The notes below the pieces were generated by a model that made no database searches, had not been told where the DNA came from, and was given only the letters and a program-made list of their open reading frames with translations. Shown here one piece after another: positions 41,257-54,298 of a DNA stretch of 64,000 nucleotides. Made by a program: the position numbers and the translations under genes. This stretch comes from Mytilus edulis (Eukaryota): NCBI RefSeq assembly GCF_963676685.1, contig NC_092352.1, positions 31,434,001 to 31,498,000 of the forward strand, read 5' to 3'. The number at the start of each line of letters is the position of its first letter. The stretch's first letter is position 1.

Positions 41257-44064
41257 TCTCTCGAATCTTTAGGTGATTAAAGTGTAGTCGTCTATTTTAA
41301 ATTCTACCTACCAATTACAAATATGTAAAAAAGTATATTCTTAAAATTAAAAAAAAAAAACAAATATTTCTTTTATAGATAAGTTTTTTAATAAATTTTT
41401 TTATACACTGAAAAGTACTAAAAATTAGAGTCATATGAAACGAGTGAGCGGTGAAAAATAATGTTTATCCAATTCTTAAACCGATTCATGTATATATCAT
41501 AACATAAGTCTTCTGTGCACGATTTTATCATTTCTTACTCAAAATATAATATCGTATAATCGGCAATTTTTGTTGGTCCCTGTCTGTTATGATTTAACAA
41601 ATATAGAAGCTAATTAATTGCCGTGTTTTGAAGCCGTATTTACCGATTGTCACATAATAGTTAACAATCAACAAAGAACCATGGATATTGATCACGTGTA
41701 TAACACGAACAATCAGATAATAGTATTTCAATGACAGATCCATGCGTATTTTGATAACCGGATTTTTACGAGGAAGGTTACGCTAAGGTCACTTGCATAC
41801 GGAAAATGTTTCGGCGAATTGCTTCCTGGAAGCAAGGAAATAAAACAAAAGTCAACATCTTTTAAGGATAGACAAATTAAAGGGTTTTCTTAAAAATTAT
41901 TATCCCTAGGATGTAGACATAGATCTGATATCAATCCAGGGACTATAATCGGGGCGACTTGGGTTATAAGTCTGTTTTTCATTTCAGTTCAGTCAAACAT
42001 CAAAATGATAAGCCGAAACACACCTATACTAAGAGACTATTTGACGAAAAGCTTTGTTACTTGGCAGGTTAATTACCGTCATATTTTCCTTACCATGTTA
42101 CATCATCATTTTTATTAGAAAATGTTTACAGGAGTAATAGAACTTTGACATTTTTTTTAGAACTGTAACAATGCCATCTTATAAACCTGGAATGTATTAA
42201 AGGCCGAACCTGTGTACTAGTAATTGATAAGATATATATTCAGTCTCATTTAAGTTTAAAATCAGACATAAACAGTTGAAAATTTTCATATTTTCAGAAA
42301 TTTGTGTGCCTTTCAAATCTTAAATATGAACAAAAATCATAATGAATAACGTTCTTACCTTAGTACAATCAAAATTACATAGGTATAACTAGTTATTAAG
42401 CGGATCATAGACGTTGAAAAGACACCAATTATATATTATTATAAACTCGACAGAAACAAAAAATTCATTATATAATACAATTAATATATATAGTGTTCGA
42501 TATAAATGTGTTGTATAATTGCATAACCAGGCATGATATAAGAAGATTTAAAAAATATATTGGGATTTATGCATGATTCAATATATAAATTGCATGTGTT
42601 TTTTCAAACACACGTCTGTAGCAATGTGTATGATGAGCACCTCATGTATTTGTTATCTGCAAAAACAGTTATTTTGTTTTAATTGAAACTTTTTGAAGGC
42701 GCTTAAGAAGATTTCTAGAATTTGATCAGGCACATGTGTATATCATCTATGCTAATAAATTCGGAGACCAAACTGTTTTAGCCGGTTTGTCTCCTAGCCG
42801 ACGATCGTCTGACGTATTATATAATAATAAACAGTGTATGTATTGTACTTTTTTTTTAACTTTATACAGGTATTGCTTTAATTAGCGTAGCTCAATTAAT
42901 CAAACTATAAATAAAGTTTCGAAGCTTGTTCCTTACTGTCTACGTTTTGTCTACGAAAATGGTTTTGTATTCATTTTGTCTTGATTCTATGACAACTCGG
43001 CCCACGAAAATTTGACCAATTCAAACACTCTCTCTACTGAATACAACTTAAATTACTTTATCAAATTCGCATTATTAACAAAACAAATATAATAACTCGA
43101 AGAAATATGGTTAATCATTAGATTGTTTTTCTTCTTCACATTGTAAGTTCCTCCTTCGCAGAGCACTTGTGTACAAAAAAAAGAACTCGCACGACTCGAA
43201 AAAAATACTACAAACTGGCACCACTTAAACTTTTTTTTAAATCATCCAAGAGTTCTAGATTGTTTTCTCTGAGTTATTATCTCCTGTTTTCTCTGAGTTT
43301 TTATCTCCGTTCGTAGAGTATCCGACTCACACAGAACCAGAACTTGGCATGCACCTTTCGAAAAATAAAAATAAATGCCACAAACTAGCATCACGGAGAA
43401 ATGTTTTAATCATCAGTGTTCTAGGCTGTCATCTTCTTCTCTGAGTCATTTCCTCTGATCTATGAGCACATACGTATCACCGAGACAGAATCTTCTATTT
43501 AGACATCCAAACGCACATGAAAGAAGAACTTACAATCTAATCAAAACTATCAACATAATGAAAACAGTTCGAGAAACACGAACTTAAAGTATGTATGACC
43601 ATACAAATTTCAAGTACTTTTCATTAGTTATCAAAGGTACCAGGATTATAATTTAGTACGCCAGACGCGCGTTTCAACCTGCGCTTGTGCATGTATTTTT
43701 TATATTTATAATGCCGAGCATAGTGAGGCAAAATATTTTTGGTTATTCTATGCTTAATTATATTGATCTCGAATGTTTGTTTGTCACATCAATTTAACTT
43801 CTCTTAAGGTTGCACTTTGTAAATGCAGCTGTTTCTCATAGCACGCCTCTTTTGGAGATATCTTGAATATTCATAGAAAATTATTTTGTTTACATACTGG
43901 TTCCCAGTTATGCTCTCTGTGTTCCATCTCACACAGACATAACTTGGGAATGTTACCAGTACATAAACATGTGCATATTGCTTACATTGAAATATGTGGT
44001 AACCTTTATTTCGAGGTAGGGGTAGTTGTTAGTGTTAGTTTAAACTCTGAGAAGTTCAGGGCAT

Positions 44065-44250
44065 ATACACGTTGAAAAAATGCCGCACAGCCCTATATTT
44101 TGACCTTTGAAAAATTTATTTGGTGCATATGAACTTTCAATTCTACGATAAGATTTTTTTTCAAAACTTCATAGTAAAAGTGGTACAGTTTAAGCCGTAA
44201 AAGGAGTTCTTATGGGAAATTGCATTGTCAATATTTACAGAAATGCAACC
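44065..44250 (+). repeat. Dispersed repeat (also ~17440-17630 and inverted ~19255-19360)
   Basis: Shared gccgcaca.cc.tat.ttttgac.tttga...agccgtaaa.gga.tt.ctatgg.aattgcattg. Confidence 0.65.
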
Positions 44251-44629
44251 TTAAGATACCTTAAACATGTTTATGCCACCGTCGTTGTCAGCGGGAGCCA
44301 TACGTGTTACCCGTGAATGTCCGTCCGTTGTCCCTTTTTCTTTTTTTTCCGTTTGTCCACTTTTCGTTTCCGTATGCTAAGAACCCCAACTCACAGACCG
44401 AGTTGGAATTTTGACAGTGAGTCAATTGTCTTTAAGAGTTATGTCTCTTTATATAACTCTAACTGAAGTTTTTCTCGTTCCAATTTTTTTGAACTCAAAC
44501 GCAATGCTAAAAATCAAAACGGTTCAAGAGGTATGTTCCTTTATAATATGGCGAGTTGGATATTTTTTCGCTGCTGCACAATTACTTACGTTTGCTTTAC
44601 ATAAATTAATATAAAAGTCATACACAATA

Positions 44630-45230
44630 TTACTGGTGGATCTTGTGTGGATAAAATGCACTTCTGACGTATTAAAATTTTCAACTTGTTGCCTTTTGTT
44701 GGCTGTTGTTCGTGTGTTTCTTTGTCAATTGTATTCTCCAATTTATCTATATTGTAGTCCTGTGGTGTTGAGTTGTCCTTTTGATGTTATATTTCACATG
44801 GCTATAAAAGGAGAGGTTTGGCATGCCACAAAACCAGGTTCAACCCGCCATTTTTTTCTTTAAAAATGTCCTGTACCAAGTCAGGAATATGGCCATTGTT
44901 ATATTATAGTTCGTTTCTGTATGTGTTACATTTTAACGTTGCGTCGTTTGTTTTCTCTTAATTTTGAGTGTAAATTCACATTGCGATAAGACGTGTCACG
45001 GTACTTGTCTATCCCAAATTCATGTATTTGGTTTTGATGTTATATTTGTTTTTCTCGTGGGATTTTGTCTGATGTTTGGTCCGTTTCTATGTGTGTTACA
45101 TTGTAGTGTTGTGTCGTTGTTCTCCTCTTATATTTAATGCGTTTCCCTCAGTTTTAGTTTGTTACCCCGATTTTGTTTTTTGTCCATGGATTTATGAGTT
45201 TGAACAGCGGTATATTACTGTTGCCTTTAT
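44630..45230 (-). mobile_element. Inverted near-identical copy of the 28810-29410 repeat
   Basis: The reverse complement matches 28810-29410; the ORF-track peptides 44636/29176 and 45076/28760 are nearly the same. Confidence 0.85.
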
Positions 45231-47830
45231 TTATGAACACCACAACGCTGACAGAGATTAAATGTTGACGAATTCATTGACGGTTCTGGAATTATGTCCT
45301 TTTTAACTTGGAAAATTGCATTTTTATTTTCATTTTCCGCACTTAGTAATTTTTTTCAACATATACACAATTCTTATTTTGATATCTTCGAATTTCGAGA
45401 TTGATTCATTTACCATTATAGAGTCATTCTCCGTTTTCACTCGAAAAATTTCAAAGCTTTATCTGAGGCATTTGCGTCCTCAGACACATTATTCTTTATT
45501 TTACAAACCAAACTGCTATTATAAAAATCTCTGTCCACTCGTTTAAAGATTCAAATCATTTCTACCTAAAAATATCTCCTAAGGGGCATATCAAATCCTA
45601 GTTTTTTGTACAGTTTGGAGGTAGAGTCGTCGTCGTTATTTTCGATGCCCTATCATTCAGCAATGTGTACTCAGAATTAAATTGTAATACTAGTCAGTTG
45701 AGGAAGTTGGGTTTCATTCATATATTAGGGGAGAAATCACTACAAAAGATATATATCTAGAAATTCCTTGTTCGAAATACATTTTAAAAACCAAATGGAA
45801 AATTTCTGTTTGATAAGATTTGCATACATATTCATGTTTATTGTATTCAAAACAAAAACTATCTGCATACATGTTGATTGTATTCAGAAAAAAATCAGGA
45901 CGTTGGTTTTGTCTTTTGAATTGTTTAACATTTTGGTATCCTGTTGCCCTGTATATATAACCTTTCGCAATACGGTAATATTTTTTTATTTATTTAAAAA
46001 GACGTACGATTACTCCTGATTGTTTCTATCCTCTTCCATTGGTATCAGGTAGATAGTTGTCTCATTGGCAACCATTTCACATTTCCTTGTTTGTATAATA
46101 ATATCCACCACCTTCACGTTCTGCGATAAAGATGACTGATGCAAATACAAAATCCTGGTATCAATGATGATACTTTTTTTTTACTTAAATGGTGAGTTAT
46201 TACGTATCACTATAGATTAGACAATATTGTCTTTCTTTTGTTGTTGTTGGTTTATTAAATCATTTTATATTTTTCTACACATTTATTTGACATGGGAAAA
46301 TTAAGCTCATGACATATGTTTTGACACCTTCTAAGGTTGCGGTCTGTATGTTTCCTTCATTAATTTTTCCTTGATAATGTTTTGTTTCATTTACGTATAC
46401 CAAACATACGTATCACTATCTTAATAAGGTCTATATTAGAAATATGTTCATGGGCGAACGAAAAATACGTGCATACAATACATGTATAACCTTTATCAAC
46501 AAATATTAAAATAAAAAATCTTATATGCTTAATAAGAGGCAATAGTAAATTGTCAAGATTATTTTTATATCTAAAGTATTTATTATATTCAAAACAATTC
46601 TTCACATGATATTTATTTGTTGTGGAAATGTAAAAGATATAACAATTGCACGCTAGTTTTCCTTGACATAAACATTATTAATCTACCATTTACATTTAAG
46701 TCATGTTTAAACAGTTATTTTTGCACTGTTGCAATCGTTTTGTTTTGGTTCCGGTTCGTTTGTTTTGTGCGGTTTTTATTCTCCCTCTTCATGTCGCTAA
46801 AAACCAGGTCAACAAGCGCCTATTCACGATTCCCGATATTGGTGATTCAACTATCCTTTTTCCTCTCAAAAAATAATTAGAAAACGACACATTTAGGCGT
46901 CTTGAATTAAAGGAGAGCAACAAAACAAAAAAAAAATTAAAGAATGGCTTCCCTTCTCTTGGCTGTATTTAGTTTATCTCATTATTAAATATGTGGAAAT
47001 TGATTTATTGATAATGTAGTATAAAGCGTACACCACAAAAGACTTCCAAATACATGCATATTCAATTGGTATATATACAATATACTGAAACTTAAAATGA
47101 AAATGAAAAACCGATAAACATGTCAAAAATTGAAATATAGATACAAACACTTCCTTTCTCTACTTTAAAAAAAAAATTATGAAAAGGTATACATTTATTT
47201 TTGTTTGATATCCGATTTTTACAGATTAAACGTGTTTTTCGTAGAAAAAGAATTAGAATGGTGACTAAACTGTTTTTTCTGTTAATTTAAAACTATTGAA
47301 TTAAGTCGTTAATGTTATATACTTTGTATCTTCTTATATTTTATTTCATATATCTTTCATATTTATCATGCTCGCATAATGATGTTGTCTCTGTAGAAAA
47401 CTTAATAAATAAAATGATTTTGATTTTAAATTATACAATTAGTTTCATGATCTGAATCAACAAACCATAAATGTTTTACACACATAAAATATATACATGT
47501 ATAAGCATACATACGAATAGTACTATTAAAAACAAGAGTTGTGATTAGTATAATAAATTGCTGTTCATTATGATCACAAAACTACATATCTTTACTGGCT
47601 TTTTTTAGTTTTCAATAGCTCTATTTACTATTACTTTATAACTAGCATTGTCTCATTTACCAGTTATTGAATCAATTACAAGTTTCGTCTAAATTGTATT
47701 TAAATGTTTATCTTCATTTTGTATTGATCGTTTTATAAATGTTTTCAATTGTTTTCAATTATACATTATTTCGGCCTGGAACTTTTATCAGTCTGAATCT
47801 GAATTTGAATTGTGTGAATCACGGACAAAC

Positions 47831-48097
47831 AGGAGCCTGTAATTCAGTGGTTGTCGTTTGTTTATGTGTTACATATTTTTTTTTCGTTCATTTTTTTTTA
47901 CATAAATGAGGCCGTTAGTTTTCTCGTTTGAATTGTTTTATATTGCCTTATCGGGGCCTATTATAGCTGACTATGCGGTATGGGCTTTGCTCATTGTGAA
48001 GGCCGTACGGTGACCTATAGTTGTTAATGTTTGTGTCATTTTGATCTTTTGTGGATAGTTGTCTCATTGGCAATCATACCACATCTTCTTTTTTTAT
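47831..48097 (+). mobile_element. SINE/MITE-like insertion within the last codons of ART gene C
   Basis: Member of the cattggca.tcataccacatctt family, flanked by AAAC (47827-47830 and 48098-48101). Removing it restores the paralogous tail. Confidence 0.8.
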
Positions 48098-48580
48098 AAA
48101 CTCAAAATCAATAGAATCATCAGAATCACTACAACTGTTGTCTAAGTCTGGAACAACTCCGGTGCATTCTATTAATTTTAAACATGATGGTGGTACTATA
48201 CCCACTAGTAAAACTTCCTGGTGACTATCTGCAAATTTGTGGAACTTTTCATTTACCTCTTTTTCATTGATCTCGTACTTTATCCTTAATTTATTTGTTG
48301 TCAAATCAATTATTTTGACGTCTCCTTTTAAACTTTCAACGTCTATCTTAGCAATGTGCTTCATATCCCATTTATATGCACTGTTCAGTTTTAAACTCCT
48401 AAAAGATTCTGCGTTGTAAAGTTTCGCACATGTTGAAATATACTGAGAAGAATAACCTCTTTTATTTCCGGTTGCAACGTGAGTAGCAACATCTTCTTTC
48501 GCATCTGGTTGTTTTGCTGATAATCCTTTGGTTATAAATTCATAATCACGAAGTAGTCGGTACAACTTAGGAAATTTTTC
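48074..48580 (-). CDS. ART-like gene C, exon 3 (catalytic domain; tail altered by insertion)
   Basis: Acceptor ttttcag|48580, phase 0. LYRLLR...QYISTCAK...HQEVLLVGIVP. The final residues IKKEDVV* come from the inserted repeat. Confidence 0.82.
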   Translation of the reverse strand, partial: EKFPKLYRLLRDYEFITKGLSAKQPDAKEDVATHVATGNKRGYSSQYISTCAKLYNAESFRSLKLNSAYKWDMKHIAKIDVESLKGDVKIIDLTTNKLRIKYEINEKEVNEKFHKFADSHQEVLLVGIVPPSCLKLIECTGVVPDLDNSCSDSDDSIDFEFIKKEDVV

Positions 48581-49239
48581 CTGAAAATCAGAACACAAAA
48601 TAACAATTAAGGAAAACACCTCGACAAAACAAAATGATAAAATTTGTTAATTCTGTTGATGATTTCGCCTTTTAAACTATTTATTAATATATAACACTTC
48701 CATACTTTTTCACGGAAATCAACGGGCACAGAGATCACTTAATTCCTTGTTAAAAACATTAAACGATCTTCTCTCTGCAAACCATCATTTCCATAATTAT
48801 AATTTGCATAAAAGATAGGGAAATGTGGTATGTTTGCAAATGAGTCAACTATACATTTATACCAAAGATGGAAATATGAACTAGTGCAGGTTACCGAATT
48901 TCAATTCAGATAATAATTAAAAGCAACTGACTGTAGCTCTTCAATTTTGATTTTGAACGCTCCTGGTGAAGAAGAATCAAGAAATGTGCTTCGAACAATC
49001 CAAACATAATGTTCTTTTTACTTCTAAGACTGTTTAATATAATATACAGAAGCAAAGGTATCTTTATCCGATTTTTTTATATAAATAAATATTTTGATAA
49101 AATTTTACACAGAGTAAGAATGAACCAAGTTGGAAATAAATTTCTATAATATGACGAATAAGGTGAAAACAATATAGACTACACAGAGTTGGAATATTAT
49201 AAATGATAATGGTAAGGCTCTCATCTAAATTCAACATTT

Positions 49240-49700
49240 GTGCGATTCAGCTAGATAAGAACCAATTTTAAGGATACTACTGATACTTAAAGGACTGCTG
49301 CATACCTAGATCTCTTTCTCAATGTTGACACAGATGGACGACTTCACACTAAAATCTATGACAAACGGGACGATTTCAACTTCCAAATTATAAATTTCAA
49401 TTTCTCAGTAGTAACATACTTCTTTCGTTGGTGTTTACATATTTCAGTTGATACGTTAATTTCGTGCACGTTCACACTAAACGAAATTCTTATACATGAA
49501 TGTGCTCCTTACGAAGAAACTGCTCCAACAGAATAACGAAGGGGGAAAGTTTAACAATGACATACCTTAAATGTTGTGGACACTATCACGAATTGGTTGA
49601 TTTATACAATGTGTCTGTGTCTCAACTAACTAACGACATTTTCACCACGTCTAAGATTGATGTTTACATCTACGTCGTCTGATCTTTTATCGAACGTGAC
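49240..49700 (+). mobile_element. Decayed Penelope-like RT fragment
   Basis: KDTTDT..AAYLDLFLNVDTDGRLHTKIYDKRDDFNFQIINF, homologous to 19690-19972; frameshifted. Confidence 0.75.
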
Positions 49701-51077
49701 GTATTCCCGAAGATAACTGTTTTGATGAAAGCGAATTCGCATTGCTATTAGACATGTATTTGTTTATCCAAATAAAGGTAATAGTAGTATACCGCTGTTC
49801 GAAATTCATAAATCGATTGAGAAAAAAACAAATCAGGGTTACAAACTAAAAAATGAGTGAAACGCTTCTAATATAAGAGAACTACGACACAACAGAAACA
49901 CAACAGTAAAATGTAACAAACACAGAAAGAAACTATAATATAACAATGGCCATTTTACTGACTTGGTATAGGAAATTTTAAGAAAAACATGGTGGGTTAA
50001 CCTGGTTTTGTGGCATGCCAAACCTCCCGGTTTAATGGCATTGTTAAATATGTCATTAACATGACAACATTACATGACAGGACTACAATACAAATGAATG
50101 GGAGAAAATATAAGACAAAGAAACACACGAATGATAGCTTACACCAAGTTCTAGCTTTAAAATTTAATACGCCAGACGTGCGTTTCATACACACAAGACT
50201 AACCGGTGACGCTCAGATGAAAACGTTTGAAAGGCAAAACAAGAACAAAGTTCCAAAAAGTTGAAGTCCAACATTTATGCATTTAGCTGTGTTTTGTTTG
50301 TAATTCTGATTGGATATTGTTTGATGTCTTATCGTTTGTAGTTTGAATTATATTTCAATTTGCTATAAAATTGAGAATGGAAATGAGGAATGTGTCAATG
50401 CGAAAACAACCCAACCATAGAGCAGACAACAGCCGAAGGCCATCAATGGGTATTCAATGTAGCGAGAAACTCCCGCAGCCGGAGTATGTGTATATATGTA
50501 TGTAGGAGTCAAGATAATTAATCAACTAGTGCATTTATATGATTTCAATTTTAAAGCAACTTTATGCACAGGATATTTTTGTCATTACAGTTTGATTTAG
50601 AAAAATAATAGAAATGGTTAAAATACAATTAGTTACACCCTAAATAAACCAATTCTATATTAATGTTCTTTTAATTGTAAGAAATTACACAAAATAAACC
50701 ATTACACGCTTAATACCGATTTTATATTCAAACCAATAGAAATTAATCTGTAACTTCACTTTTTGTGGCGTTGATACATTCGTGTGACGCACAGTTCGCG
50801 GTTATCATTCTGTGGTTAGGATGTTGAAATGTACTATAATATTTAATATTTATCGCTATTTTGTGCATTTTTCCTTTGATCTTTTTTTGTGATATTTTTC
50901 ATATCATGCTACTCGCTTAAGATGGAAAATTATCGCTAGAAACTAAGCATGCACGTGGCGTTGCTAACGAAATTGACATGAAATTGACAACGTCGTCATA
51001 GATAAAATAGCGATAAAAAGATTATCATTGTTCATCTCAACTCGATTGCCTGTCTCGCTTTCGCCGTCCAGGCTCAA

Positions 51078-52878
51078 GGTGTCATACCACCAATTACTCC
51101 CTCAAATTTAGAACGTATGTGAAAGTAGGCCTACTCGGACAAAAAAAAGTGCATTTGATGTCATTGTTCACCTAAACTAACTAACAAATTTGCAGAAATG
51201 AAAGTTTTGTTGAAAGAGAAATATATTAAGACCATTTTGAGCCAAAATTTACCTGTCTATGAGTTTGCATTAAAAATTGAGGATTAATGCGCTCCATAGT
51301 ATACTAATTTAAGATTTCCAGAAAACCAGGGGTTATTTTTAGTGGTACCTCCTTTCGGAAGCTCTCTGCTTTCTTATATGATTTTGAATGTATGTTGAAA
51401 ATTGGCATGCAGAAAGGTGACACCTGTACAATTCAGGATATACCTAGTTTCTATGAAGTTAAACTTAAGGTAAAATATTTAGAAAGCTGTGAAAATTGCA
51501 AAATTTGGTTGAACAGATAGGGACTTTTAATTGGTGGTATGACACCTTTAAGCAAAATGCGGTGAAACATCAAAATCAGAAAACAATTGTTTTTTTTTGT
51601 CTTAACTGATCATTTGAGATAATAGTGGCCACATTTCAATCTTTTTGGGGGCAAAATGTCACATATTGCAAATTTAGAGCCTAAAACTTGAGTTTGTCCT
51701 ATTTTTAGCTTTTCCCATCCTGACAATATGCTTTTATATAAAAAAATGTCCTAAATAATGTTATAAATGCACAGAAAGTTATTCTGTGGTGTTAAACATT
51801 GAAACATAAGTTGTTTACTACCTCCAAAAAAATTTTGTCATGCAGATTTAATGAAATTATTTGATTTTTACCCCTTATAGCATTGCGTCATACTATGTAC
51901 TTGGCAGATAGCATAGCCTAATGTAATCACTGCAGAAACTCACAAAAGCACCATTTATTATTCCTAATGAAATTTTTATATCTTAAATTTTATTGACCGA
52001 TGTAAATAAACACAGCTAAATGACCATGACTGCACTTTTGATCAATTTGTAGTACTTTACTGACACCAAATGAAAAAAAGGGGGGTCAATATTCCTTGAC
52101 ACTTCAATACCTTGGATTTTTTACTAAATTCATTGCAAAAATTGTTGGAAGTCTTTAAAGAAGTAGAACAAACAAGAAAAAATCAGCAAACAATGATCTT
52201 GATATTGAAAGTTTATGTTCCTGTAGCCCAAAATGAAATTTTCAAGTGATTTCTATCAAAGTCATACATTACAGTCAGTTTAAATTGAGCTGTGAAATTT
52301 TTATTATAAGTCGCATAATGCTCAGATAGGCTGTTTTTAACTACAAATTGACTAAGGATTAAGAATAAAGCAAAATAAAAGATTTCTAATCAACTTTTTT
52401 GTCTCTTTAGGTGTCATACCACCAATTACTCCCTCAAATTTAGAACGTATGTGAAAGTAGGCCTACTCGGACAAAAAAAAGTGCATTTGATGTCATTGTT
52501 CACCTAAACTAACTAACAAATTTGCAGAAATGAAAGTTTTGTTGAAAGAGAAATATATTAAGACCATTTTGAGCCAAAATTTACCTGTCTATGAGTTTGC
52601 ATTAAAAATTGAGGATTAATGCGCTCCATAGTATACTAATTTAAGATTTCCAGAAAACCAGGGGTTATTTTTAGTGGTACCTCCTTTCGGAAGCTCTCTG
52701 CTTTCTTATATGATTTTGAATGTATGTTGAAAATTGGCACGCAGAAAGGTGACACCTGTACAATTCAGGATATACCTAGTTTCTATGAAGTTAAACTTAA
52801 GGTAAAATATTTAGAAAGCTGTGAAAATTGCAAAATTTGGTTGAACAGATAGGGACTTTTAATTGGTGGTCTGACACC
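51078..52878. mobile_element. Composite TIR element: two direct 469-bp MITEs flanking an 863-bp spacer
   Basis: Units 51078-51546 and 52410-52878, each with TIR GGTGTCATACCACCAATTA / TAATTGGTGGT[A/C]TGACACC. Outer TSD TCAA (51074-51077, 52879-52882); both inner flanks are TTTA. A 4-bp TTAA-like TSD with GG ends suggests Kolobok-like. Confidence 0.88.
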
Positions 52879-53195
52879 TCAAGCGCGAAAATCAATCTCG
52901 TTGAAATAATCACCGATAATCTATAATTATATATGTATTTCTCTGTCAGTTCTGAGTGTTGTTTATTTTTTCTGACTGTAGTATTCCTGTCACGCAATGT
53001 GTTTTTAACATTGCAATAAAAGCAGGAGGTTTGACTATTCATACACAAAATCTTCTTTTTGTCAACACTGTAACCATTTTAAAGCGTATGAAAGTTGTAA
53101 ATACGTCTAGTGTTTATGTCTGATATCGTGAGTATACATATAAAGGCGCATTGTTTAGATGCTAAAGACAATGCAACAGTTTAGGAGCAATTTTA

Positions 53196-53763
53196 TTTCT
53201 GTCATTTTAAGCCACAATGTTTATTTTAATGGTATATATTTTAATATGCTGCATTAGAATGGAGTATTGTATTTTAAGCTTGTTTTTCGTAAAATTTGAT
53301 TTTACTGTCGCAAACTCAATTTGCTACAGTAAAATATACGTTTCACGAAGGCCAAACTTAAAATACAATACAGTATTCTTCTAAATCTAGAAGTGTTTAT
53401 TTAGATGTGGTCAAACATACCGCTTCTTCTCTTTTTTTCACAAGTTGTGGTATGTTTCCATCGTCGTTCTTTTTTTCATTTCTGTCATTTTAAGCCACAA
53501 TGTTTATTTTAATGGTATATATTTTAATATGCTGCATTAGAATGGAGTATTGTATTTTAAGCTTGTTTTTCGTAAAATTTGATTTTACTGTCGCAAACTC
53601 AATTTGCTACAGTAAAATATACGTTTCACGAAGGCCAAACTTAAAATACAATACAGTATTCTTCTAAATCTAGAAGTGTTTATTTAGATGTGGTCAAACA
53701 TACCGCTTCTTCTCTTTTTTTCACAAGTTGTGGTATGTTTCCATCGTCGTTCTTTTTTTCATT
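53196..53763. repeat. 283-bp tandem duplication spanning the exon-2 donor of ART gene C
   Basis: tttctgtcattttaagccacaatg starts at ~53196 and ~53479; taccgcttct occurs at 53418 and 53701. Confidence 0.9.
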
Positions 53764-53871
53764 TTCAGGTCCATCACAGTCCGTTTTGATTTTCGTAATG
53801 TCTGGTTCATCCTCCGGTAACGATGATGCTGAATTTCTACGCTTTCGTAATGTATTTGTCTCTTCTAGATT
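53704..53871 (-). CDS. ART-like gene C, exon 2 (NLS-like/acidic, one repeat)
   Basis: ttttcag|53871 to GCG|GTAT at 53704; 168 nt. NLEETNTLRKRRNSASSLPEDEPDITKIKTDCDGP...VKKREEA. Confidence 0.82.
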
Positions 53872-54235
53872 CTGAAAATATAGCATTGATTAATGAACAA
53901 TAACTCGAAATTTAAATCGTAAAGTGAATGCAGTTTTTGATTTTTTACCTTATTTTAATAAAAATAACCCATCGTTTGCTCCGTTACTGTTCTATGAAGG
54001 TAACACATGAATCGGTCTGCCAAAATTTATTTGACCTTTTCTTTCTTTGTTCATTCGTTTTTGATAAACCGATTTGTTTTTAATATTTTTTCAAAACAAC
54101 TAGATGAAAATATAAAATTACATTTACATAAATCCAAATATTGAACTGGAAGTTTAGCAAACAGTATTTACCTATCCAATCATACTTGTAACCGACAACA
54201 AAGTATTAACTTTCAATAAGCACTTCAAATTATAC

Positions 54236-54298
54236 CTCAGCTTGGTTCTTCTGTAATTCTAAGTCTTCAGAGCACAATGTTGCATTACTTCTGTCCAT
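54236..54298 (-). CDS. ART-like gene C, exon 1
   Basis: ATG 54298, MDRSNATLCSEDLELQKNQAE|GT, 63 nt. Confidence 0.78.

Noticed and set aside
51078-52878. LTR retrotransposon or TRIM
   Set aside because: The direct repeats have long TIRs and GG...CC ends rather than TG...CA; no PBS or PPT is evident.
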